Of a DNA stretch of 64,000 bases, positions 36,986-46,410 are shown piece after piece (position 1 is the first letter of the stretch; each line of letters begins with the position of its first letter). The stretch is taken from the NCBI GenBank assembly GCA_965140445.1, contig OZ223236.1, forward strand, positions 2,848,001-2,912,000, written 5' to 3'. A program made the position numbers and the translations under genes. This DNA is from Candidatus Ozemobacteraceae bacterium. Lineage in GTDB: Bacteria > Muiribacteriota > Ozemobacteria > Ozemobacterales > Ozemobacteraceae. Under the pieces are notes generated by a model, which saw only the letters and a program-made list of their open reading frames with translations, made no database searches and had not been told where the DNA came from.

Positions 36986-37020
36986 AAAAAAGGGAGCAAC
37001 ACGAATGTCGCTCCCTTTTT
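36986..37020 (-). terminator. Intrinsic terminator
   Basis: AAAAAAGGGAGC-aaca-cgaa-tgtc-GCTCCCTTTTT. Confidence 0.85.
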
Positions 37021-37036
37021 GTTTTTTTAACCAGAC

Positions 37037-37732
37037 CTATCTTTTTTCAGCATTAATTGCTTCGTTAAATCCTTTAGCTGTTTTATTAGCAAGGGCTTTG
37101 TTAATGGCTTCATCGGTTAAAAGACGTCCCATTTCACCTTCATCAAGCAAGCCAAGGCCTTTTTTAACCATTTTCAAATTGTAGGATTCACCAACAAAGA
37201 ATGTTTTGAATCCACCAATGTTAAGAAATCTTTTTCTTTCTTTTCTCATTTTCATTGATTCAATCTGATTTTTTGCGAATACTATTTCCAAAGTTCCTTT
37301 TTTGAAAACTTCAGTTATTTCAGCATCTATAGCATTGGTAAAGCTAATGGTTACGATTCGTTTTTTGGGAGTAATTCGGGTTGAGACCTTTCTGTCCCAG
37401 ATAGAATCGTTAATAGGCATTCCAACTATCGGGATGTTTTTTTCAAATATTTTTTCATATTCGTTTTTAGTAAGTTCCATGAAAAACTGAGTGTTCATTG
37501 CACCGTCTTTGGAATTTTTCTTAATGTCTTTTCTGCCAAAAGTAATCTGAACATTAAAATAATTAGGTCTTGTATAGGACCAGGCAATTGAGTCTATGAA
37601 AGTTACAGAGTCTTTAGCTGGAGTTTTGTAATTATGAGCCTGATAAAGCCCCATTGTTTCTGTGGCGAATGAATTTGAGGCCAATAAACAAAAGACAAAA
37701 ATAAATAAAAATGATTTCAAAATGTTTTTCAT
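37037..37732 (-). CDS. Secreted hypothetical protein
   Basis: AGGGAG RBS and signal peptide (SFA|T). Confidence 0.8.
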   Translation of the reverse strand: MKNILKSFLFIFVFCLLASNSFATETMGLYQAHNYKTPAKDSVTFIDSIAWSYTRPNYFNVQITFGRKDIKKNSKDGAMNTQFFMELTKNEYEKIFEKNIPIVGMPINDSIWDRKVSTRITPKKRIVTISFTNAIDAEITEVFKKGTLEIVFAKNQIESMKMRKERKRFLNIGGFKTFFVGESYNLKMVKKGLGLLDEGEMGRLLTDEAINKALANKTAKGFNEAINAEKR

Positions 37733-37765
37733 AAAAACTCCCTAAATTTTATTTGAAGTAATTAT

Positions 37766-37781
37766 AGCAAATAATGTGCCG
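37766..37781 (-). promoter_or_regulatory. Sigma54 (-24/-12) promoter
   Basis: Minus strand CGGCACATTATTTGCT (GG-N10-GC), about 35 nt above the ATG. Confidence 0.75.
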
Positions 37782-37829
37782 TTTTTAAAAGGGCTGGTTA
37801 TCAACCTTTGAAAGATGGATAAATTTAAA

Positions 37830-37857
37830 TTGCTAAAATTCTTGCAAATTTTGGCAA
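37830..37857. promoter_or_regulatory. Inverted repeat, candidate regulator site
   Basis: TTGCTAAAATT-N6-AATTTTGGCAA (1 mismatch). Confidence 0.5.
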
Positions 37858-37910
37858 AAAAATTGGCAGATAACCATGCTCTGGTATTACAAACGCATGC
37901 TTTAATTGAA

Positions 37911-37940
37911 TTGACATGTACAGTGGCGGGCCTGTAAGCT
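37911..37940 (+). promoter_or_regulatory. Sigma70-type promoter of the DUF4212-actP operon
   Basis: TTGACA-N18-TAAGCT. Confidence 0.5.
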
Positions 37941-37994
37941 TTTTCTGTTGTGATAATCTGGGGAGATTTTTGCGCAAAATATAGAGGAGGAAGG

Positions 37995-38732
37995 ATGACT
38001 GAAACAACTTATGATGTGAGTTTTTTCTCACCAAGATCGGCATCAGCCAAAGAGAACATGAAGATGGTTATCATCATGCTTGCAATTTGGGCTGTAGCGG
38101 TTTTTGGTTTCCAGTTCTTACTTATTGGTATGAACAAGTTAACTCCAGAACCGACCCATGGAGTTTTTACAAAGGTCTGGCCGGCAGTTACAGCCGGGAC
38201 AGCTACTGCTCAGGACAAGAAAGACCTTGCCAGGTCTATTTTAATGGTGCTTGGCAAAAACATTGCGGTAAAAGATAACCATAAAAAAGTTCTTAAAAAT
38301 GTATTGGGTGCTGCCAATTTTGGTTTGGGCGCTTCGGGAAACGATTATAAAGCAACCGCTTCTTTAATCGGTCTTGGAAATGAAGGGTTTGATCCACTGT
38401 TAATTTCAATTTTAAAGTCTTCAATGGTTACTGTTACTTCTGAGGCTATTTCACCAGAAGATAAGGCTGCATTACCAGGGATTATGGATCTTTATCTAAA
38501 GCACAATCGTTCAGCATTAACTGATACACGCTTTTTAGGTTTTCCGTTTCATTATTGGTATACTTCCCAGTTTTTACTTATTTTGTTCGTTAGCCTGTGC
38601 TGGGTGTTTTGCTACATGACCGATGCTGCAAACACAAGACACAATTTGGAAACTGAAGGTTCTGAAGAAAATCAATCCGAACCTCAGGAAAGTTCTCCGG
38701 CTGAAAAGTCTGAAGAAGAAAAGGAGAGCTAA
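37995..38732 (+). CDS. DUF4212 (solute:sodium symporter small subunit) with a large inserted domain
   Basis: GGAGG RBS; LAIWAVAVFG and FLGFPFHYWYTSQ motifs. Confidence 0.8.
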   Translation: MTETTYDVSFFSPRSASAKENMKMVIIMLAIWAVAVFGFQFLLIGMNKLTPEPTHGVFTKVWPAVTAGTATAQDKKDLARSILMVLGKNIAVKDNHKKVLKNVLGAANFGLGASGNDYKATASLIGLGNEGFDPLLISILKSSMVTVTSEAISPEDKAALPGIMDLYLKHNRSALTDTRFLGFPFHYWYTSQFLLILFVSLCWVFCYMTDAANTRHNLETEGSEENQSEPQESSPAEKSEEEKES

Positions 38733-38735
38733 GTT

Positions 38736-40529
38736 ATGATTAACCCTAAAAAATATGGTTTGTTACCAAACTTTCTTTTAATAATCATTGCTGGAATTTT
38801 TGTGTTGGGATTTTCGGGTAATATTTTTGCTCAATCAGCCCAGCCTGTAGCGGATGTTTCAAAAACTGTGGATTCAGCTGCTGCACAACCTGCTTCCGCA
38901 CCACCAGCTGCTGTAGGCACTGCTACGAAACTTGAAGGAACCTTTAAGCTTGGGCCAGCGATCATTCTCATTATTATTCTGTGTATTTTCATTGGCGTAG
39001 GGCTGATGAATCAGGCACAGGGAACTGCAGATTATTGGGCAGCGGGAAGAAAAATTTCTCCTGTAGGTTCTGGAATGGCAATTGCCTCAAACTGGATGAG
39101 TGCTGCATCGTTCCTTGGCATGGCCGCTATAATGTACAACTCTGGCTATCATGGATTGGCCTATGTTGTAGGTTGGACAGGTGGTTACGTTCTGTTACTG
39201 ATTCTAATGGCCAGTCAGATCCGTCGCTATGGGAAATATACCGCAGCCGATTTTATTGGCGATAGATTCTATTCAATGGGACTTCGTGCTTATGCTGCAG
39301 TTTTAACAATTGCAATTTCAATTAGTTATTGTGTTGGACAATTCGCAGGCATTGGTTTGATGTTTAAATGGGTATTCGGTATTCAGCCATTCTGGGCAAT
39401 TATAATTGGGTCTACTGTTGTTTTAACCTACACGCTCATTTCAGGGATGCTTGGGGTAACAAAAAACATGCAGATTCAATATGTAATCATTATCGTGTCA
39501 TTTGTAATCCCTTTGTTCCTTCTTTGCCAAAAATTTGGTTACTTTGCGCTTTTGCCACAGGTTGGCTATGGAGCGGTAGTTTCAGATGTTGTTAATGGTT
39601 TGGAGCCTGCAGCTAAAAATCTAACCAATGTTATGGGCCAGAGTGCCGCAATTGTTCCATCTCCTGAATTTGCTATGCCATGGGATCCAGCGACTGGAAT
39701 GTCTGCTTTTCAATGGCTCGCTATTTGTTTCTCACTAATGATAGGAACAGCTGGTTTGCCTCATGTAATTCAGAGGTTTTATGTTGTGCCAAATCCCAGA
39801 GATGCCCGTTGGTCAGTTGTCTGGGGATTGTTCTTTATTTGTATTCTTTATTGGAGTGCTCCGGCATATTCGGTTTTTGGAAAGCTTCTCTCTTCAGATC
39901 CCGCAATCGGAAAACTTGCTCCTGACGCAATTGTTATTTATACCGCGCAATTAGGGGCCTTATACCCACTTGTTGTAGGTCTTTTGGCAGCTGGAGCTAT
40001 ATCTGCAGCATTTTCAACTGTATCTGGATTGTTGCTGGCGGGAGCTTCCGCTTTCTCGCATGATCTTTATTTCAAAGTTATCAATCCGGAAACTTCAGAA
40101 AAGAAGCAAATGTTCATGGCAAGAGCAGCTACGGTTGGAATGGCAATAATTGTTGCAAGTATTGCTCTGCTAAACCTTGCTTTGATTGCTCAATTGGTTG
40201 CACTCGCTTTCTCTCTTGCCGGTTGTACCATTTTCCCACTTTTCTTACTTGGAATTTGGTGGAGTGGATCAAATAGAGCTGGCGCCTGGGCTGGAGTAAT
40301 TGCTGGAACGAGCGTGGCTTTTGTTGCTCTTACATACTTTATTTGTTCGAAATTTAGTATTGTTCTACCAGGAGCTGAGTTTATCAGTTATTATCTCAAC
40401 GCCTGGTATTTTGCATGGCTAGGAGCTCCATTAGCTATTTTGGCGAACATAATAGTTTCTATTGCTACTGGAAAAGATACACCAGTAGAAATTAAGAAAT
40501 TCCTTGCTGAAAAAGTTCATAGCTATTAA
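38736..40529 (+). CDS. actP: Cation/acetate symporter ActP-like (SSS family)
   Basis: ASNWMSAASFLG, GTAGLPHVIQRFY, ARWSV and AAFSTVSGLL motifs. Confidence 0.88.
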   Translation: MINPKKYGLLPNFLLIIIAGIFVLGFSGNIFAQSAQPVADVSKTVDSAAAQPASAPPAAVGTATKLEGTFKLGPAIILIIILCIFIGVGLMNQAQGTADYWAAGRKISPVGSGMAIASNWMSAASFLGMAAIMYNSGYHGLAYVVGWTGGYVLLLILMASQIRRYGKYTAADFIGDRFYSMGLRAYAAVLTIAISISYCVGQFAGIGLMFKWVFGIQPFWAIIIGSTVVLTYTLISGMLGVTKNMQIQYVIIIVSFVIPLFLLCQKFGYFALLPQVGYGAVVSDVVNGLEPAAKNLTNVMGQSAAIVPSPEFAMPWDPATGMSAFQWLAICFSLMIGTAGLPHVIQRFYVVPNPRDARWSVVWGLFFICILYWSAPAYSVFGKLLSSDPAIGKLAPDAIVIYTAQLGALYPLVVGLLAAGAISAAFSTVSGLLLAGASAFSHDLYFKVINPETSEKKQMFMARAATVGMAIIVASIALLNLALIAQLVALAFSLAGCTIFPLFLLGIWWSGSNRAGAWAGVIAGTSVAFVALTYFICSKFSIVLPGAEFISYYLNAWYFAWLGAPLAILANIIVSIATGKDTPVEIKKFLAEKVHSY

Positions 40530-40541
40530 AGAGATATAGTT

Positions 40542-40575
40542 AAAAAAGGCCGCCCATTTGGGTGGCCTTTTTTTT
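40542..40575. terminator. Bidirectional intrinsic terminator
   Basis: AAAAAAGGCCGCCC-attt-GGGTGGCCTTTTTTTT. Confidence 0.9.
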
Positions 40576-40588
40576 CGCTATTTTATTC

Positions 40589-41314
40589 TCACCCGCCCAG
40601 CAAACCCCAAAAATTTCTTCTAAAAAATGGCTGTTCCGGGGCGACTTTATTTTTTATGCTCTGAAATTTAAGTCCAGGTTCCAGAAGCACATAACCTTCC
40701 CAACTGATTGGCAATCCTATGAATTTAGTTCCACCAATGGTTTTGTGGAACCAACGATGATGATGACCAAAAAGCCAGAATTTTGGGGAAAAATGGTTCA
40801 ATAGTTTTTTACTTCCAGAAAATCCTGTAGGTCCATGAACATCCCAGCCGATAGAGTGAGGAACACCAATTCCTTGAGGACTATCATGAGTGAGAATAAT
40901 TTCAATCTCATCTGATTTGTGTTTCAAACAAAGTTCGATTTCATGATCCTTTATTTCTGCAGCTTCTGGAGTGTTAATAACATCTATAAATGAAGACCCG
41001 CCCAAACAAAGGCATTTATGGTTTCCAAGTTGTTGAACTGAACCTCTTGGAAAATGAGTAAAATGATTTGAGTATAGCTTCAAGAGGTTAGGAAACTTAT
41101 CGAATTCTTCATGATTTCCATCGATAAAGTATACGGGGCGCATAATAGACCTTTTTTTATGCTGAAAAAAACGGTGAAGCTTTTCTTCAAAAAGGCCAAA
41201 ATCTCCTAGAACAACAACTTTTGATACCTTTTTGTTTGTAGTGGCTTCTGCGTGTTCTATTTGGTTATTTATTACATTATAAAAACCGTGAACATCGCTA
41301 ATAATTAAAATCAT
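40589..41314 (-). CDS. Calcineurin-like metallophosphoesterase
   Basis: SDVHG, LGDFG, GNHE, THDSP and FGHHH motifs. Confidence 0.9.
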   Translation of the reverse strand: MILIISDVHGFYNVINNQIEHAEATTNKKVSKVVVLGDFGLFEEKLHRFFQHKKRSIMRPVYFIDGNHEEFDKFPNLLKLYSNHFTHFPRGSVQQLGNHKCLCLGGSSFIDVINTPEAAEIKDHEIELCLKHKSDEIEIILTHDSPQGIGVPHSIGWDVHGPTGFSGSKKLLNHFSPKFWLFGHHHRWFHKTIGGTKFIGLPISWEGYVLLEPGLKFQSIKNKVAPEQPFFRRNFWGLLGG

Positions 41315-43833
41315 CCGTGTCCTACTACCCCGGTAAAATCTCCGCTCAATCGCATTTGAAAATGCTTAATCTGAGAAAAGATTTCTTTCAGCATTTTTTG
41401 GTCAATGGCTGAAAAGCTATCTGGGCGAATAAAGTTATCCGGGTTTTTACCATTTTCTCTTAAATTAATCTGGTGCTGGAGACGCAAACGCATCAAATAT
41501 CCATAAGCCTGAGTAATTTCCTGATAACTTTGTTGGGTTAGAATACCAAGTTCTTTAAGTTTTCGTAAACGTTCGAAAGTGCTTCGGTTTTTAATTCCAT
41601 GACGTAAAGCATAGATTCTTGCAAAGTCTACAATTCTTACCATTACAGCTTTTATATTAAGAGCTTCTTCATTGTTTGGACTGGATTCCAGAATAAAGTT
41701 ACCGAACATACCTATTGGTGGTTCAAACTGCAAAACGTCCATGGCCAGAAGAACGAAAAATCTGGGATTGTCTGACAGGCTTGCAGAAAAATTCTCCCAC
41801 AACTCGTTAATCAGAGTTAAATCTCCAAATCCGCAACGAAAATCAAGGAAGATTTTTGTTTCTAAAAGGTCTTTTGGTTCTAACTCCCTGGCCCATGTTG
41901 AAAAGTATTTTTTCCAGGTGGTTAGCGGTTGACACCACCTTTCTTCCTGCGCCATTATTTTACCTTTACAAAATGAATATCCTGCTGAATCCAACAAGGA
42001 GCATATTTGTTTTCCGAGATTGAGAAAATAACTCTGAGTTTCTTCAAATTTTTCAGATGGAACGTCTGCAAAAATGATTCCATTATCCTGATCTGTACAT
42101 AGGGTTTGCTCTCTTCTTCCTTCACTTCCCGTTACTAAAAAAGCAAATGGAACCGGTGGAGCGGGAAGCTTCGCGAGAATAATTTTTAATCCCTGCTCTA
42201 AAACCATGTCTGCCATCGTTGTAATAAACTGATTAATATGCCGGGTTCTTGCCCCATTCTGAAACATGATCTGAACTAGTTCCGGGCCTCTTCGAGATGC
42301 TTTTATTAAGCTTCTTTCATCTTTCGCATCCTGAATTCCTCTGAATAAAATTGTAGGTGAATATGATTGAAGCTGCAAAAGATGCTTAAAACTAAGTATC
42401 TTAAAATCTGAAAAATTTTCCGATTTTACTATCAACGGCTTAAAATCCTGTTTTTCCATTTTTAAAAATGCGTCAAAAAGAAGTGTTTTGCCAGGAATTG
42501 TAATTTTAGAAGAAACCACCTCACCAGCTACTAATGAGGAATCCATATCTTTCTTGTTGAAGTGATTGAGTAAATCTTCCTTAGAAATCAGCCCATCACA
42601 TTCCTCCCCATTTTGAACCAGGATTACATTTTTTTCAGAATTTTGAAATTTCTCAAAAACTTCATTGATAGATATATTAGAATCGATTTTTTCCGATTCA
42701 TCCAGTGGTAGGTTTTCAACACTTCCGTGGAAGAACATTAGTGATTGCTGAAGTTCATCCAGAAGAATTGTTCGATTTAGTTCTCTTTCATGCTGAGGAG
42801 TGAGCCGGGATGCTATTAGGCTGAATCCAATGCTTCCGGCATGAGAAATTTTTGATAATGACAGCAAAACTCTATGTACTGATCCATCTTTACTTTTTAA
42901 ACCCGCTTCATAATGCTGTCTTACCTCTTTACCTTGAAGCAAAGCCTTATAATAGGTGCAACCCATTATTTCTTCTTCTTGCGTGGGTATTACAATCTTT
43001 TCAAGATTTTTGGTTGAAAATTCTTCAGAGGTGTATCCTAAAAGTTTCAGCATGCTCTGATTAGCGTAAAGGCCCTCTCCCTCAAGAGACATTATAAAAG
43101 AATCTCCTGCGGATTCTACCAGCAAGCGATACCGCTCCTCAGATTCCTTTAGAGCTTTTTCCGAAAATTTTCTAAGTTTGTCAGTTTTCCAGGTTCCCCA
43201 TAATATAAAACTTAAAAGTCCCATTACTAAACCAAGTATGCCCAGGGAAACAAAGATTAATTGATGGGTAACAGCGCTAATTTCCTGACTGACATCATCG
43301 AGATAAATACCTGTTCCAATAATCCAACCCCAAGGTGAAAAGCCTTTGACGTAAGAAAGTTTTGGAACTATTTTTGTTGGGTCATCTTTCCATTGCCAGT
43401 GATAAGAAACAAACCCTGCACCATTTTGCTTAACAATTTTTACAAATTCTACAAATAGCTTTTTCCCGTGTGGATCGACAAAATTACTAAGATCTTTTCC
43501 GTTGAGATCTGAACGATAGGGATGGATAACCATTCTTGGATGCATGTCGTTTATCCAGAAATAGTCTTTCATTTGACTACCATATTGTAGGTTTTTTATT
43601 TGGGCGATAGCGTTTATTTGGGCTTGTTGTCTGCTTAGATTACCAGTTCTTTCTTCGTGCTCAAAATTAGCTAGAATATTCCAGGCTGCAGTAGTTAGTT
43701 CACGGATCATTTCACGTTTTCGAGCCATCATGTTTTTCTCAAAAGATGGGATAAAAAACATGAATATCGAAATTACAAATAAAAGAATTGCAAGTAGAGT
43801 AGGCAAAATTCCTCTGACAACAAAGTTACCCAA
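41311..43833 (-). CDS. Membrane sensor nucleotidyltransferase: TM-sCache_2-TM-PAS-CBS-DUF294/DUF294_C
   Basis: YFWINDMHPRMVIHP...DPHGK...PKLSYV...WGWIIGTGIYLDD (sCache_2); ESEERYRLLVE (PAS); GSEGRREQTLCTDQDN (NTase); IVDFARIYAL...STFERL...RLQHQ. Confidence 0.88.
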   Translation of the reverse strand: MGNFVVRGILPTLLAILLFVISIFMFFIPSFEKNMMARKREMIRELTTAAWNILANFEHEERTGNLSRQQAQINAIAQIKNLQYGSQMKDYFWINDMHPRMVIHPYRSDLNGKDLSNFVDPHGKKLFVEFVKIVKQNGAGFVSYHWQWKDDPTKIVPKLSYVKGFSPWGWIIGTGIYLDDVSQEISAVTHQLIFVSLGILGLVMGLLSFILWGTWKTDKLRKFSEKALKESEERYRLLVESAGDSFIMSLEGEGLYANQSMLKLLGYTSEEFSTKNLEKIVIPTQEEEIMGCTYYKALLQGKEVRQHYEAGLKSKDGSVHRVLLSLSKISHAGSIGFSLIASRLTPQHERELNRTILLDELQQSLMFFHGSVENLPLDESEKIDSNISINEVFEKFQNSEKNVILVQNGEECDGLISKEDLLNHFNKKDMDSSLVAGEVVSSKITIPGKTLLFDAFLKMEKQDFKPLIVKSENFSDFKILSFKHLLQLQSYSPTILFRGIQDAKDERSLIKASRRGPELVQIMFQNGARTRHINQFITTMADMVLEQGLKIILAKLPAPPVPFAFLVTGSEGRREQTLCTDQDNGIIFADVPSEKFEETQSYFLNLGKQICSLLDSAGYSFCKGKIMAQEERWCQPLTTWKKYFSTWARELEPKDLLETKIFLDFRCGFGDLTLINELWENFSASLSDNPRFFVLLAMDVLQFEPPIGMFGNFILESSPNNEEALNIKAVMVRIVDFARIYALRHGIKNRSTFERLRKLKELGILTQQSYQEITQAYGYLMRLRLQHQINLRENGKNPDNFIRPDSFSAIDQKMLKEIFSQIKHFQMRLSGDFTGVVGHG

Positions 43834-44118
43834 AATTAGCTGACATCCTTATTCTAATTAAACTTTATGATCCTCATCAGGACAAGTATAGTTGGTTAAA
43901 TGATTGCTGGCAAGAATTGTGAAATTTGTTTTCAATTCTGCAAATATTGAGTGCACTAAAGGTTACAACTGGCAAAATGTTAAAAATTATATATACTGAG
44001 AGTGAGGGTTAAAAAAGATAGTTTTTTTTTATTTAAACATTACAAAACTTTAGAAAAATACTTTGGCAACAAAAAAAATAGCAGCGTATATAAGTTGCTC
44101 TAAGTGGGGGAGATTGAG

Positions 44119-44790
44119 ATGGATATCAAGCTTTTGCTTATGGACAAAATAAGAGAGGCAGATCGTCCAGGAGCAAATGAATTATTAGATTCATGGATCA
44201 AAGAAAACGGGTATGAAAATGTTTTGATGGAGGTTCTAGATCCCGTTTTAGTTCTTATAGGTGAAGAATGGCGATCGACAGAATCCTTTACCCTGGCACA
44301 GGCATACGTAGCAGCAAAAATAGCGGAAGATGTTATGTATAAAATTGCTGAGAATAAAGAATCTATTTCCAAAATTAAAACATTTAAGGGTGAAGCAGTT
44401 ATTGGGAATATTGAGGAAGATTTCCATTCTCTGGGGCGTAAGATGGTGGCGACTTTTTTGCGAACAGAGGGTTGGACTGTACATGATCTTGGCAACGATG
44501 TAATTGCAAAAGATTTTGTGGACAAAGCCGTTGAAACCGGAGCAAGAGTTATTGGTGTTTCAGCTATGATGATGACAAATGCACGAAATATTCTAAAAGT
44601 TCGTCATGAAATTGATGCTCGTGGTTTGTCTGGCCGTATAAAACTTGCTGTTGGTGGAGCTATTTTTCGGGTTTGCCCAACCCTGGCTTCAGAAGTTGGA
44701 GCAGATGGAACTGCTCCACACGCGCTTGGAGCTGCCAAACTTTTCGATGAATTAATGGAAAAGTCTTTGAAAGAGTTTCCAGAGGCATGA
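44119..44790 (+). CDS. Cobalamin (B12)-binding corrinoid protein
   Basis: Four-helix cap followed by DFHSLG (DxHxxG), DLG.DV, VSAMM, VGGA and GAD motifs; GGGGAG RBS. Confidence 0.92.
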   Translation: MDIKLLLMDKIREADRPGANELLDSWIKENGYENVLMEVLDPVLVLIGEEWRSTESFTLAQAYVAAKIAEDVMYKIAENKESISKIKTFKGEAVIGNIEEDFHSLGRKMVATFLRTEGWTVHDLGNDVIAKDFVDKAVETGARVIGVSAMMMTNARNILKVRHEIDARGLSGRIKLAVGGAIFRVCPTLASEVGADGTAPHALGAAKLFDELMEKSLKEFPEA

Positions 44791-45815
44791 ATTGTATTGA
44801 AAGAATTTCTGCGACGATAAAGGGGGAAGCTGTAGATCGTCATGCATTCATTCCCGTTTTAAGTTTATATGGAGCCAGGCTTATAGATTGTTCCATTGAA
44901 AAATATTATTCTGATTCCAATGAATACGCTCGTGGGCAAAAAGCCATTTTTGAAACATTTAAACCAGACGTTTTGCTTAGTCCATTTGCTTTTGCTTCAA
45001 TTGGAGCAGCTTTTGGAAGTAAGCTGAATTTTTCAAATCGTGCTCCAAATGTTTGCAAACCAGCAATTCAAAATGCGAAAGAGTGGGAAACTCTTGCTTT
45101 TCCGGATATCGAAACGCATCCTCAAATTCGTTTTTTAATTAAATCTGTTGAAAGAATGGCTAAAAATCATAAAGATCAGGTTCCTGTTGCAGGAGTTTTG
45201 CCTTTACCTAGTGATCTTCCAATTCTGGTAATGGGACTGGAGGCCTGGCTGGAAACAGTTCTTTTTGATCCTGAGGGTGCTCAAAGAATAATGGAACTTG
45301 TAGTCCCATTTTTTGTTTCTTTGGTAAACAGAATTCTTAGTGCTGGGGCAATGTTTGTTGTTCTTCCTTGTGGGTTTATATCTCCGGCCATCGTTACCAG
45401 AGGAATCGCAACGAACTTTGTGCGCCCTGTCCTGGCAAATGCATTAGGAAAAATAAAAGGGCCGGCTGTTCTTCATCAGGTTGGGGCACCTATTTTAAGG
45501 CATTTAGATATTTTAACAGGATTGCCTTCGACGGTTGGATTTGCATTGGATAACCTGGATAATCTTACTTACGCGCGAAAAATAATTGGCCCGGACACTT
45601 TATTATTTGGTGGACCAAGTGGGCCAAACCTAGATTTATCAACAGATTTGGAAATAAAAAAGGATTGCCTGAAAATTCTTGAAGAGAGAGCTGGAGACAA
45701 ACACTTTATTTTGTGTACGGCGGGAGCAGATATTCCATTAACAACTGACCCAGAAAATATTCATGCATTAAGACATGCAGTAGAAGAATATGGAGAACAA
45801 AATAATGGAAAATAG
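44787..45815 (+). CDS. UroD/MtaA-CmuA family protein
   Basis: ERI.A...GE.VDR N-terminus; FILCTAGADIPLTTDPENIHAL C-terminus. Confidence 0.85.
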   Translation: MNCIERISATIKGEAVDRHAFIPVLSLYGARLIDCSIEKYYSDSNEYARGQKAIFETFKPDVLLSPFAFASIGAAFGSKLNFSNRAPNVCKPAIQNAKEWETLAFPDIETHPQIRFLIKSVERMAKNHKDQVPVAGVLPLPSDLPILVMGLEAWLETVLFDPEGAQRIMELVVPFFVSLVNRILSAGAMFVVLPCGFISPAIVTRGIATNFVRPVLANALGKIKGPAVLHQVGAPILRHLDILTGLPSTVGFALDNLDNLTYARKIIGPDTLLFGGPSGPNLDLSTDLEIKKDCLKILEERAGDKHFILCTAGADIPLTTDPENIHALRHAVEEYGEQNNGK

Positions 45816-46410
45816 CCCGGCAGGAGTTCAGGTTGTTTGTTGTGGCGTTTTAAAGCAGGAAGTTGAGCTTCTTCAAAAAAACATCTTAAAAAGCTTGGAA
45901 ACTCCAATATTCATAGGCTCAATGTTACACATGTATCCAAAAAAATTGGAAGATTGCTTAAAACAAGTTCTAAGTAAAAAAAATGTATTAAATAAAAAGG
46001 TTTTGATTATTTATGGGGACTGCTGTCCAAAGATGGGGGCTTTTTCCGACAATAAAAGAGTTTTCCGAACTAAATGTAATAATTGTTGCGATTTACTGCT
46101 TGGTTCATCTGAATATCGACGTCTGGCCCATGAAGGAGTATTTTTCTTGCTTCCTGAGTGGGCAAAGAGGTGGAAAGAAATTTTTTCCGATCATCTTGGG
46201 TTAAACCAACAAAATGCTATTGAGTTTATGGGTGAAATGCATAGCAAGTTGATGTATCTGGATACAGGAATTATTCCAATACCTGAAAAAGAATTGAAAG
46301 ATTGTTCTATATATTGTGGTTTGCCATTTGTTGTAAAAAAAATCTCATTAAATGAATTGCAAAAATCAATCGAGGAAACCTACAAAATGCTTAATAATGG
46401 TTGCTTTTAA
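45805..46410 (+). CDS. DUF1638 domain protein
   Basis: CGVL..E, LHMYP..L, YGDC, NCCDLLLG, FFLLPEW and YLDTG motifs. Confidence 0.85.
   Translation: MENSPAGVQVVCCGVLKQEVELLQKNILKSLETPIFIGSMLHMYPKKLEDCLKQVLSKKNVLNKKVLIIYGDCCPKMGAFSDNKRVFRTKCNNCCDLLLGSSEYRRLAHEGVFFLLPEWAKRWKEIFSDHLGLNQQNAIEFMGEMHSKLMYLDTGIIPIPEKELKDCSIYCGLPFVVKKISLNELQKSIEETYKMLNNGCF

Noticed and set aside
43834..44118. Cobalamin riboswitch upstream of the corrinoid operon
   Set aside because: The region is AT-rich and lacks the GGGAA / GCCACTG B12-box elements.
44119..44790. CarH-type B12 photoreceptor
   Set aside because: There is no HTH domain and no W-x9-EH motif (it reads W...AQAY).
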